Shown here: piece after piece, positions 31,896-41,564 of the stretch
How positions within the stretch are numbered: the first letter of the stretch is position 1
How the letters are laid out: each line of letters starts with the position of its first letter
NCBI GenBank assembly: GCA_965209035.1
Contig: OZ242372.1
Coordinates: 1,824,001 to 1,888,000, forward strand
Length of the DNA stretch: 64,000 nucleotides
Source: Gammaproteobacteria bacterium
Lineage (GTDB): Bacteria; Pseudomonadota; Gammaproteobacteria; CBDBNL01; JAAOII01
Reading direction: 5' to 3'
The notes under the pieces: model-generated
Database searches by the model: none
Told to the model about the DNA's origin: nothing
Seen by the model: only the letters and a program-made list of their open reading frames with translations
Translations under genes and position numbers: made by a program

Positions 31896-33596
31896 ATGTA
31901 TCGCTATAACGATTTTGACAAACAAATGGTTACCGAAAGAGTGGAGCAATTTCGTTTGCAGACCAAGCGTTACCTGGAGGGGAAACTGACCGACGATGAG
32001 TTTAAGACCCTGCGTCTGATGAACGGCTTATATCTGCAAACTCATGCGCCGATGTTACGGGTTGCCATTCCTTACGGTCTTTTGTCTGCCGAACAACTGC
32101 GTAAACTGGCATATATTGCCCGCAAGTTTGATAAAGGATTTGGTCACTTCACCACGCGCCAGAACATTCAGTACAATTGGCCGAAACTGGAGGAGGTGCC
32201 GGATATTCTTGCGGAATTGGCCGAAGTGGAGATGCACGCCATTCAGACCAGCGGGAACTGCATCCGAAATGTGACCAGCGATCATTTGGCGGGAGTCGCC
32301 CCGGATGAGACGGATGACCCGCGCATTTATTGCGAACTGATTCGTCAGTGGTCAAGTTTTCATCCGGAATTTTCTTTTTTGCCGCGCAAGTTCAAGATAG
32401 CCGTATCCGGTGCCGAGTATGATCGGGCGGCGACTCAACTTCACGACATAGGACTTTACATGCGCCGAGACGATGCGGGGGAAATTGGGTTTCAGGTGCT
32501 GGTCGGCGGCGGGCTGGGGCGCACGCCTGTTATCGGCAAGACGCTGCGCGAGTTTTTACCACAAAAGCATCTGTATTCTTATCTGCACGCGATCATGCGT
32601 ATTTACAACGAACAAGGGCGAAGAGACAACAAGTATAAGGCGCGTATTAAGATCCTGGTCAACGCGTTGGGCATCAATAAGTTTCGCAGTCTGGTGGAAG
32701 ACGAATGGCGCAGAATGCTGGCGGATGACTCAAAACTGGAATTAAAAGAGGAAGATGTGCAACGGGTGCGGGAATTCTTTGCGCCGCCCCCCTATCGCGC
32801 CGAGGCCGCTCTGGCGGAGTCCTCGAAAACCCCGAAAACCCCGGAAGCCCCGGAAACAGATGAGCGGGGCGATGCGGCCTATCTTGCCTGGTTTCGCAAC
32901 AATACGGCGACACATAAGGTGGCGGGTTATCGGGCTGTTTATCTGTCACTTAAGCATCCGCAGGCCGTGCCGGGCGATCTGAACGCGGCCCAAATGGATG
33001 CGGTAGCCGATCTTGCCGATGCATATTCTTTTGGCGAGCTGCGTGTGACTCACACTCAGAATTTGGTTTTTGCCGATGTGGAGAAGAGGCACTTGACCGA
33101 ATTGTATTCAAAGTTGGAGAAACTAAACTTGGCGACGCCAAATATCGGCGGTCTCACGGATGTCATCTGCTGCCCCGGTCTGGATTACTGCAGTCTTGCC
33201 AATGCCGGCACCATTGAAATAGCGGACCGCATCAACCGACTTTTTGATGATATGGACTACATTCACGATCTGGGCGACCTGCGAGTTAACATGTCCGGTT
33301 GCATGAATGCTTGCGGTCATCACCATGTTGCGGCCATAGGCATTCTGGGTGTGGAAAAGAAGGGAGTAGAATGGTATCAGATTCAGTTAGGCGGGAACGC
33401 TTCCAATGCGGCGGCTCTCGGCAAGGTTCTTGGTCCGTCCGTGCCGAAGGAGCGGGTCGCCGATATGATTGGCGAAATTCTTGAGGTATTCAAAGAGAAG
33501 CGAGAAGGGGAGGAAACTTTTTTGGATACATTCGGCCGCATCGGAATTGAACCGTTTAAGCAAAAGGTATACCACACCAACCCGGCCGCTCCCTGA
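31896..33596 (+). CDS. cysI: siroheme nitrite/sulfite reductase (Pseudomonas-type CysI)
   Basis: RLMNGLYLQ, HFTTRQNIQ, LPRKFKIA, CCPGLDYC, SGCMNACGHH. Confidence 0.9.
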   Translation: MYRYNDFDKQMVTERVEQFRLQTKRYLEGKLTDDEFKTLRLMNGLYLQTHAPMLRVAIPYGLLSAEQLRKLAYIARKFDKGFGHFTTRQNIQYNWPKLEEVPDILAELAEVEMHAIQTSGNCIRNVTSDHLAGVAPDETDDPRIYCELIRQWSSFHPEFSFLPRKFKIAVSGAEYDRAATQLHDIGLYMRRDDAGEIGFQVLVGGGLGRTPVIGKTLREFLPQKHLYSYLHAIMRIYNEQGRRDNKYKARIKILVNALGINKFRSLVEDEWRRMLADDSKLELKEEDVQRVREFFAPPPYRAEAALAESSKTPKTPEAPETDERGDAAYLAWFRNNTATHKVAGYRAVYLSLKHPQAVPGDLNAAQMDAVADLADAYSFGELRVTHTQNLVFADVEKRHLTELYSKLEKLNLATPNIGGLTDVICCPGLDYCSLANAGTIEIADRINRLFDDMDYIHDLGDLRVNMSGCMNACGHHHVAAIGILGVEKKGVEWYQIQLGGNASNAAALGKVLGPSVPKERVADMIGEILEVFKEKREGEETFLDTFGRIGIEPFKQKVYHTNPAAP

Positions 33597-33627
33597 CCCG
33601 ACCAGCCGGAAAAACTAATATTGCTTT

Positions 33628-34188
33628 ATGCTCATTGACGGAAACGGGGATCCCATATCGGCGGATCCTTGGCATTTATTGCCGCTGCCGACAGAAGAAA
33701 AACCCGCGAGTACCACAAAGGTTCCGGGGGCGGGTGCCACACCGGCATCTGCGGCATCAGTTAAGGCATCCCATCTCACCGAACACACAGTCCTTCCCCT
33801 TGCTGTTTGGAAGGATTGGGATGTGGCAGAGCGAAAAACTTTTTTGAAATTACGGCATCCGGGACTTTTAATTCCCGGCGAACTTACCCGCGAAGAATTC
33901 TTGGAAGAACTGGGAGATGCCTCCGTTATTAAGCGTTTCGGTCTTCTCGCGGTGAGAATCCCCGGATTTGCCGATGGTCGGGCGTTTAGTTTGATCAGAC
34001 GCATTCGCGAACAGGACAAGTATGCCGGCGAATTGCGTGTGATGGGCGAATACTTGACAGATCAATTATATTTTTTGCGGAGATGCGGTGCGGACAGCTA
34101 TGTCCTGGGCGAAAAAGATAATTTAACCGACATCAAAAGACTGCTGTCTCCGTTCAGTAACAATTATCAGAATCTTCCGTCCTCGTAA
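33628..34188 (+). CDS. DUF934 protein (CysI-associated)
   Basis: PGFADGRAFSL, GELRVMG, DQLYFLRRCG; canonical position after cysI. Confidence 0.85.
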   Translation: MLIDGNGDPISADPWHLLPLPTEEKPASTTKVPGAGATPASAASVKASHLTEHTVLPLAVWKDWDVAERKTFLKLRHPGLLIPGELTREEFLEELGDASVIKRFGLLAVRIPGFADGRAFSLIRRIREQDKYAGELRVMGEYLTDQLYFLRRCGADSYVLGEKDNLTDIKRLLSPFSNNYQNLPSS

Positions 34189-34228
34189 TAAAACGATGCC
34201 GGGCAAAGCGGGCTGCTTGTTTTCGTAA

Positions 34229-35605
34229 ATGAGATACTTTCCCGCTTTTTTGGATATTCGGGGCAAGAGCGTCCTGATTGTCGGCGGCGGAACAATTGCC
34301 GGCCGAAAAATTAAACTCGTACTCGCTGCCGGTGGCATCCCCAAAGTAGTCGCGCCGGAAATTCATACGGACATTGCCGTCCGGGTGCGTGATGCCGCCG
34401 GCAGTTTGCACCAACGCAAGTTTTGTGACGAGGATCTGGACGGAATGTTTATGGTATTTTCCGCAACATCGGATAAAAAACTCAGCCGGCATATTTATCG
34501 TCTGGCATCCGCCCGCCAGATCCCCGTTAACTCGGTTGATAATAAAGAGATGTGCAGTTTTATTGTGCCGGCATTGGTTGACAGAGACCCTTTGGTTGTC
34601 GCCTTTTCCAGCGGAGGCGAGGCGCCCGTTCTTGCCAGGCGTCTGCGCGCCAATACCGAAGCCGAGTTGCCATCCAACTACGGTAACCTGCCGGTGTTCT
34701 TGGGCGGTTTGCGGGCGCGTGTTATGAAAGCCCTGCCCGAAGAACAACGCCGTGAATTCTACGAAAAATTGCTGGACAGCCCTGTTCCTCATCTTGTTCT
34801 GGAAGATCGCCGGAAAGAGGCAAGTCAAATGGCAACAAGGCTTCTTAAAAAACACTCAAAAAAGTTATCGGGCGAAGTCTGGTTGGCGGGTGCGGGGCCC
34901 GGCGGTGCGGAGTTGCTCACCTTAAAAACCTTGCGTTTGATGCATCTTGCGGATGTCATTCTCTATGACCGCCTGGTTAGCCAAGACATTTTGGAGATGG
35001 CTCGCCGAGATGCCGATATGATTCCGGTCGGCAAGCCGGGCATGACCCAATCGGAGATTAACCGATTGCTCGTCGCGGAGGCGAGAAAAGGCAGGACAGT
35101 GTTACGTCTCAAAGGAGGAGATCCCGGCATCTATGGCAGACTAACCGAAGAAACGGATGCCCTAAAAAAGGCGGGCATTACTTTTCATATTGCTCCGGGA
35201 TTGACCGCCGCCTTAGCCTGTGCCGCTTACGGTGGTATCCCCCTGACGGATCGCCGATTTGCACATGGCGTCAGTTTTATTACTCTGCAGACCGCGGGCA
35301 CTGAATCCAAAAGTGAAGGCAAACCGATGTTGAGCGAGCAGACCCTGCAATCATTGCGGGCATTGTCCGGCGGCGAACAGACGCTGGTGATTTACATGGG
35401 AGTGGAATTGATAGAACCGGGTATTCGGGAGCTCCTGAAATGCGGCATGCCTGTTTCCATGCCGGCAATGATTGTGGAGTCCGTTGGGTTTGGCAACCAG
35501 CGGGTGATTAAGTGCCGTCTGAGCCGCTTGCCAAAATTGGTCCGAGAAAAGAAGATCAAATCGCCCGCTACTTTTGTCATTGGACATGTATGTGGCGCTG
35601 ATTAA
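34229..35605 (+). CDS. cysG: siroheme synthase
   Basis: VGGGTIAGRK, GAGPGG.ELLTLK, YDRLVS, RLKGGDP. Confidence 0.93.
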   Translation: MRYFPAFLDIRGKSVLIVGGGTIAGRKIKLVLAAGGIPKVVAPEIHTDIAVRVRDAAGSLHQRKFCDEDLDGMFMVFSATSDKKLSRHIYRLASARQIPVNSVDNKEMCSFIVPALVDRDPLVVAFSSGGEAPVLARRLRANTEAELPSNYGNLPVFLGGLRARVMKALPEEQRREFYEKLLDSPVPHLVLEDRRKEASQMATRLLKKHSKKLSGEVWLAGAGPGGAELLTLKTLRLMHLADVILYDRLVSQDILEMARRDADMIPVGKPGMTQSEINRLLVAEARKGRTVLRLKGGDPGIYGRLTEETDALKKAGITFHIAPGLTAALACAAYGGIPLTDRRFAHGVSFITLQTAGTESKSEGKPMLSEQTLQSLRALSGGEQTLVIYMGVELIEPGIRELLKCGMPVSMPAMIVESVGFGNQRVIKCRLSRLPKLVREKKIKSPATFVIGHVCGAD

Positions 35606-35634
35606 AGTCAGGTATTTTTAAGTAAGATATCGGT

Positions 35635-36888
35635 ATGCTTTTTGTTCAAAAATACGGCGGAACTTCTTTGGCGGGAATCGAACGCCTGCGTGCCGTAACT
35701 GAGCAGATTTGTCGCGATCACGCAGCCGGGCATTCCGTCATAGTGATCGTATCCGCAATGGGAGAGGAAACGGATCACCTGCTTGAACAGTCTGCGGCAT
35801 TTGGTGTGCCGCCGCCGCGCGAGTTGGATCACCTGCTCGCATGCGGCGAGCAAAAAAGTGCGGCACTGCTCAGTATGTCATTGAACGAGAAGGGCGTCTC
35901 GGCGCGTGCCTATGCCGGCTGGCAAGTGCCGTTGCAAACCGACGACCATCACGGTCGGGCGCGTATTCGTAAAATAGACACCAAAAGGTTGCGTCGGGAC
36001 ATCCGAGATAAAACAGTCCCCATAGTCACCGGGTTTCAGGGGGTGAATGAAAACGGAGATATCACCACTCTCGGCCGTGGCGGCTCGGACACCAGTGCGG
36101 TTGCCATAGCGGCGGCATTCGGTGCGGACGAATGTCAAATTTATACGGATGTTGACGGAATCTATACGGCGGATCCTCGCTTGGTACGAGATGCGCGACT
36201 GCTCGGTCAGATTTTCATGGAGGAGATGTTGGAATTGGCGGCTCTGGGTTCGCGGGTGTTGGAACCGCGCTCCGTGGCATTGGCGGCAAAGAATAATGTG
36301 AACCTGCGAGTTCTCTCGGCATTTGGAAAGCCGGGAGAATCGTCGGGGACCTTAATAATGAAACGACAAGTTAGACAAGTTAAAGTTAAAAGAGGAGATA
36401 AAAATATGGAAGAAAGTATAGTATCCGGTATCGCGCACAATAAAAGCGAAGCCAAGATTACGGTCAATCATGTTCCGGACAAACCGGGCGTGGCGTCGCG
36501 TATCCTTGATAGGATTAGCGAAGAAAAAATAGAGGTGGACATGATTGTTCAAAATGTGGGCAGTCACGGATCCACCGATTTTACCTTCACCCTGCATCGC
36601 AATCATTACAGACGGGCTTGCAATGCCCTCAAAGAACTCCGGGAGGAATTGTCTTTTAAGAGTATATCCGGTGATACCAAGATTGCCAAGATTTCTTTGG
36701 TCGGTCTGGGGATGCGCTCGCATTCGGGAGTGGCTGCGCGTATGTTCGCCGCTCTTGCCAAAGAAGGGATTAATATTCAGGTAATTTCCACATCCGAAAT
36801 TCGGGTTTCGGTGATTATTGAAGAGAAGTACACCGAGTTGGCGGTGCGTTGCCTGCACGAAGAGTTTGGCCTGAACAAAAAGCCTTAA
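35635..36888 (+). CDS. lysC: aspartate kinase
   Basis: VQKYGGTS, TTLGRGGSDTSA, YTDVDGIYTADP, two ACT domains, ISTSEIRVS. Confidence 0.95.
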   Translation: MLFVQKYGGTSLAGIERLRAVTEQICRDHAAGHSVIVIVSAMGEETDHLLEQSAAFGVPPPRELDHLLACGEQKSAALLSMSLNEKGVSARAYAGWQVPLQTDDHHGRARIRKIDTKRLRRDIRDKTVPIVTGFQGVNENGDITTLGRGGSDTSAVAIAAAFGADECQIYTDVDGIYTADPRLVRDARLLGQIFMEEMLELAALGSRVLEPRSVALAAKNNVNLRVLSAFGKPGESSGTLIMKRQVRQVKVKRGDKNMEESIVSGIAHNKSEAKITVNHVPDKPGVASRILDRISEEKIEVDMIVQNVGSHGSTDFTFTLHRNHYRRACNALKELREELSFKSISGDTKIAKISLVGLGMRSHSGVAARMFAALAKEGINIQVISTSEIRVSVIIEEKYTELAVRCLHEEFGLNKKP

Positions 36889-36999
36889 ATTTGGCGAACT
36901 TGCCGAACTCGGAGAACTTTTTAAGAACTTTGGGATCTCACGATTAACGACAAACCGGGTAACCGGGGCAACCCCGGCAATTTTGGAAGTTTTCTTTAA

Positions 37000-37365
37000 T
37001 TAGCCAAAAAGAAAGGTATGCAGAATCCGCCCCGGCATGGCAGTCGCCAGTACGCCCGCAATGACCAGGCCGGCATAGGTCCCCTGCATGAAACGACGGT
37101 GGCTGCCGATGCGTTTTTTTCGAATGGCAAGCAAAGCCAAGACAATACAGATAAATGTCCAGGCGGTCAGAATATGGATGGGCGTGAAGTTGCCGTTCTC
37201 GTCGCGAATTGCCAAGGAGGTAATACAGGCAAGTAGTATGAGACCGCAGTAGGTTTTGCCAACGGCCTTGTGCAAAGCGTCTCCTTTGGTGCGCATCAGG
37301 CTATAGCCACCTAACAACATTGCTGCAAGAGCCGAGAACAGGTGTAATCCGATAAAGAGGTTCAT
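37000..37365 (-). CDS. DUF2306 membrane protein
   Basis: HLFSA...KGDALHKAVGKTY...IHIL...HRRFM...PGR; likely start ATG 37365. Confidence 0.75.
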   Translation of the reverse strand: MNLFIGLHLFSALAAMLLGGYSLMRTKGDALHKAVGKTYCGLILLACITSLAIRDENGNFTPIHILTAWTFICIVLALLAIRKKRIGSHRRFMQGTYAGLVIAGVLATAMPGRILHTFLFG

Positions 37366-37579
37366 ATGAGTTTGTATTTTAGCACGGGATTTTAGAGCAT
37401 CCCGTTTGTGCCTAATCTCAAAAGGATGAGGCACTCAGCGTATGGGGTTCTATTCCGACGACTTGAACGGATGACTTATAATTACCGAATATATTGCATA
37501 AAGCACTTTCGGCAGAGAGCAGACTCTACTCGCCGTATTTATATTTAGATTTAATGGATGTATTCAATTTGGACAATTT

Positions 37580-39277
37580 ATGAAAGATCAGTCTAACATT
37601 AGTAAGGTTTCTCGAATGATGCCTTGGATTAAGAACTTAGTGGGTTTTAATCTTCTATATTTTGTATTTATCGCAGTCTGTATTGCAGTAATGGGGTATT
37701 GGTTATCTTTATCCTTGCTTGGAGAAATATTTTCCGGGTTGATTGGTCCGGCACTAAAATTTTTGATTAAGAAAAATGTGGCTCCGGGTTTGGCTGTGAT
37801 GATAGGGGTATTTGGCTTTCTTATTTTGTTGTATTTACTAATAAGATGGCTTTATATCGGTAGGACAGTGATTAAACCGTTAAAGAAGGCGATAGTCGGA
37901 ATTACGAATGAAAAAAAACTTGCCGGGCAGTTTGAAACCATAGACCAGGACTTATTAAAGTCCAATGAAACAGTCGCGCATGTATGGAAAGAATTTAAAG
38001 AAACTCTGATTAAGTCGCAAACTGGCGAGGATGATGAAGCGAGTATTTATCAAAATACGGTGAATCCCGCCGAATATTTTTACCCGGCCGCTTTTGGGGC
38101 GGAACTTAACTTTTTTCGTATCTGGCCCAATGTTTTTGTTGGTATTGGTTTGGTTATTACTTTTGCCGGCATTATTTCCGCTCTCACGGCCGCATTGGGT
38201 GGAATTGCTTCCGACACTGCAACAATTAACGAATCTCAAGAAGCCTTGCGTACTCTTCTCAACGCAACATCCGCAAAATTTTATGCTTCTATGGTAGGTT
38301 TGTTCTTTTCTATTGTTATAGCCATTTCAATCAGATGGTATAGTCGTTGGGTTCGCGGTGCATTTAATAGCATTTGTCTGGCATTGGAAAAGGGGCTGCG
38401 TAGTATCAGTCCGGAGGATTTGGCCGCCAAACAACTGAAAGAACTTCGTAACCAAACAAGGCAACTGGAAACTTTTGGTACCGATCTCGCGATGCAGGTG
38501 GGCAAAGAGGTAAGAGAGGCAATTGGCGGTGGCGCTCAACAGGTGGTTGAAAATGTTGCAGGAGAATCTTTTACTGCCATGGCAACAGAACTTAGTGAGG
38601 TAGTTAAAGCATTGGGCACCCTGCCGCAAAATATTAGTAAGGGAGGTGAAAAATTTGAAGAGAAAATGCAAGATTTTTTAAACAACTTTACCAAAACACT
38701 TGATGATATGAAAGAAAGATTGGATAAGAATTCTGAGGAACGTGATAGGGCTTATGCAAAACAAATGTCCAACTTCTCGGAAGGAATGACTAAAGTGGTT
38801 GATGAAAGGATTGGCAGTATCGGGCAGGCGATAGGAGAACTGAATGGACCGATTGACAGGTTAAAAGAAAACTTGGAAAGCAGTGCCAAAGAAATTGGTG
38901 ACGCAACCCAACAGACAAGAGAAGTAACCGAGGAACTAAACCAAGCCTTGACTAAGATGAGCTCAATTTTGGAAGTGACACGAGAAGCCGCTTTTAATGC
39001 CGCAAAAGGAGTGGAGAACATTAAGGACCCTCTTGAAGAAGTTGTTGAGTTCTGGAAGACACACCATTCTCGAATAGAAGAAACGGATAAAAAACTGGGA
39101 GACTATTTAAAACAAATTAATGATAATACTGCGAAGGTCACTACGAAATTGAATGATTTTGTAGCAAAACTGGACAACAAGTTTGGTTCTTCCATAAGTT
39201 CTTTGGAGACGGTCATAGAAGATTTACAGGAAACATTGGAAAAAAAGCAAAAAAAGGACAAAAGAATAAAAAAATAA
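37580..39277 (+). CDS. zorA: Zorya anti-phage protein ZorA (MotA/ExbB-like TM domain plus helical tail)
   Basis: PNVFVGIGLVITFAGI, KFYASMVGLFFSI TM helices then ~310-aa helical tail; operon context. Confidence 0.85.
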   Translation: MKDQSNISKVSRMMPWIKNLVGFNLLYFVFIAVCIAVMGYWLSLSLLGEIFSGLIGPALKFLIKKNVAPGLAVMIGVFGFLILLYLLIRWLYIGRTVIKPLKKAIVGITNEKKLAGQFETIDQDLLKSNETVAHVWKEFKETLIKSQTGEDDEASIYQNTVNPAEYFYPAAFGAELNFFRIWPNVFVGIGLVITFAGIISALTAALGGIASDTATINESQEALRTLLNATSAKFYASMVGLFFSIVIAISIRWYSRWVRGAFNSICLALEKGLRSISPEDLAAKQLKELRNQTRQLETFGTDLAMQVGKEVREAIGGGAQQVVENVAGESFTAMATELSEVVKALGTLPQNISKGGEKFEEKMQDFLNNFTKTLDDMKERLDKNSEERDRAYAKQMSNFSEGMTKVVDERIGSIGQAIGELNGPIDRLKENLESSAKEIGDATQQTREVTEELNQALTKMSSILEVTREAAFNAAKGVENIKDPLEEVVEFWKTHHSRIEETDKKLGDYLKQINDNTAKVTTKLNDFVAKLDNKFGSSISSLETVIEDLQETLEKKQKKDKRIKK

Positions 39278-39350
39278 AAAAAGATAAGAAAGATGAACAG
39301 ACGGGTGAATAGGTGACCTGCTCCGGAACTTTGGGAGCATCTGAAACACA

Positions 39351-40169
39351 GTGAACAGCAGCCATACACAGCGTGAAGAATCTGAAGATTCTTATTTCGT
39401 TTCCATGACCGATATTATGGTCGGTTTGTTGTTTGTGTTTATTTTGATGATGACTCTTTTTATTTATCAGGTGCGGGACGATCTGAATCAACGCACCAAT
39501 GAGTCCGAAGCCGCCGAGCATCGTAAAGTGATTCTTGATGAACTGCAAAAATTCTTGCGAGAGAATAACATAACACAGGTATCAATAGACGAGGAACACG
39601 GTATATTGCGCTTGCCGGAAGGCGTTCTGTTTGATTCGGGGGAGGCGGACATAAAGCCCGGCACGGATGCAAACAGAGTTGCCCGAGTTCTGTCCCGGGC
39701 GTTTTATGAAGTTTTGGATTGCTCTGTTTTTGCAAGGCTGGAAATTCCGTTTAATGCTTCCCAAGAATGCTTGTCCCGGAACGAGAATAGAATTTTTGTG
39801 GAGGCTATATTTGTGGAAGGGCATACGGATAATGTGCCGATCCATTCGGGAGGCTTGTCGGGCTACAAGAATATAGATACTAATTTGAAACTTTCAGTTT
39901 TTCGTGCCGCACATACTTATGAAATCATGGTCAATGAATCTCCCCGACTCGTTGACTTTTTTAGCCCAAGCGGTTATCCTATTTTTGCTTCCACGGGTTA
40001 TGGGGAAACTCGCCCTCTGGGTGATAATTTGTCCAAAGAATCCAGAAAGCGCAATCGGCGGATAGACATCCGAATTTTGATGCATGTGCCCAAGTCAGGG
40101 AAAGAGTTTAGACAATTTCAACAACGCTTACAAAAAGATTACACGAATAAGATAAATGAAACTAACTGA
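39351..40169 (+). CDS. zorB: Zorya protein ZorB (MotB/OmpA-like)
   Basis: YFVSMTDIMVGLLFVFIL with conserved Asp, LFDSG, VEGHTD, NRRIDIR. Confidence 0.9.
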   Translation: MNSSHTQREESEDSYFVSMTDIMVGLLFVFILMMTLFIYQVRDDLNQRTNESEAAEHRKVILDELQKFLRENNITQVSIDEEHGILRLPEGVLFDSGEADIKPGTDANRVARVLSRAFYEVLDCSVFARLEIPFNASQECLSRNENRIFVEAIFVEGHTDNVPIHSGGLSGYKNIDTNLKLSVFRAAHTYEIMVNESPRLVDFFSPSGYPIFASTGYGETRPLGDNLSKESRKRNRRIDIRILMHVPKSGKEFRQFQQRLQKDYTNKINETN

Positions 40170-41523
40170 TTTTTTCTCTCGCCGCCACTTGCCGGAACCG
40201 GCACTTCCGCAACCGCCGACAAGTCCGGTAAAAATGAACAAAACACATGCAAGAATCTTGCAGAAATGGGGCGAGGGTACAATTCAAACGAATGGTAACC
40301 TTGCAGAAGAAGTGTGGGTTTACTGGCAAGAGAAGCGTTTGGCGGAACTTGGTGGGCGAAAGATCCGAAAAATTGCCAACTTGATGTTTGGTGCGGATGC
40401 CGCGGCGGAGAGACTGCGTCAGGACCGAGAGTTCATTAGAGAGTACTTAAAAATGATCGAACAGCAAGACAGTCGCACCATCTGGCGGGCTTTGATCATT
40501 TCCTACCTCACAAACTACAAACCTGAAAGCAAGCCGATCGCGATGATTGCCAAGTGTTTGAGTGAGAATCGGACGCTGTTGCCGAATGGATGGCCGAAGG
40601 TTATTGACGAGGTAAATCTGTTTGATGTTCGGCAAGCACCGCAACATGTTGCCGATTTTATTTTTTCACGGGATGACAAAATTGCATCATTGCTGGATGG
40701 CATCGCTTTGGATGATAGGTCGGCCGGTATGATGGAATATGTAAGAAGACAAATTGCCGAGAAAATAAGAGATGAAGTGATAAAAAGAGGACAAAGTAAG
40801 TTTGAGAATATGAGCCGATTTCACAAATGGATCACAAACGAGAGTAACAAAATTGGAGATGCCTTTCGCGAAGCCTCCATGATAGGCTTAATAGGTCCAA
40901 TGGTAAAAGGCGAGAGTCATTCTTTGATGTCTAAAAAAAGTGAAAAGTTACTTTTGGAAACCTACGGTGATCCTCGCATTCCCGAAGAAAGAGTGGGCTG
41001 GCCGGGACCCGAAGAATATATTCGGATGTTTATTCGCAGACTGAATTCGGGTATTTTGGAACGATTCTTAAGGATTATTCAACGGACGGTTCATGAGAGT
41101 TCGGCTGTGGGCATGTGGACAGCCAGAGAAGAATTTTGGCGGGCAAAGTATCTGGATAAGATAGATGATGCACTGATTATTTGTGGAAGAGCAGCAAGAG
41201 AACTGTTGGAACAAGAACGAATGATGGACCCTGACGATTACGACTTACCTTACAGTCGTTTACAGGGAGGTGAAAGAGAGCAATCCGTATTGTTGATGAA
41301 AATTGGTGATATGACAGTGGCGGAATGGAGTCATAACGGCAGCTGCAGGATATGGAAAAAAGGAAATAGATCTGCCCCGGAATTTACCAGGGATGAGGAA
41401 TTATCACACGATACTCTTTCTTCGAGAAGAAGTAACAGCGATTGTAGGATTCCACATCTGGGAGGAACTTGGAAATATAAGATTCAGTCCTGTTTGGATA
41501 ACACAGATTACAAATGTTCGTGA
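40156..41523 (+). CDS. zorC: Zorya protein ZorC (EH-signature domain)
   Basis: YGDPR, REEFW, TVAEWSHNGSCRIW, IPHLGGTW. Confidence 0.85.
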   Translation: MKLTDFFSRRHLPEPALPQPPTSPVKMNKTHARILQKWGEGTIQTNGNLAEEVWVYWQEKRLAELGGRKIRKIANLMFGADAAAERLRQDREFIREYLKMIEQQDSRTIWRALIISYLTNYKPESKPIAMIAKCLSENRTLLPNGWPKVIDEVNLFDVRQAPQHVADFIFSRDDKIASLLDGIALDDRSAGMMEYVRRQIAEKIRDEVIKRGQSKFENMSRFHKWITNESNKIGDAFREASMIGLIGPMVKGESHSLMSKKSEKLLLETYGDPRIPEERVGWPGPEEYIRMFIRRLNSGILERFLRIIQRTVHESSAVGMWTAREEFWRAKYLDKIDDALIICGRAARELLEQERMMDPDDYDLPYSRLQGGEREQSVLLMKIGDMTVAEWSHNGSCRIWKKGNRSAPEFTRDEELSHDTLSSRRSNSDCRIPHLGGTWKYKIQSCLDNTDYKCS

Positions 41524-41564
41524 TGCCTAATGGGAATAAAGGTTATTCCAAGTTTTAATTAGCG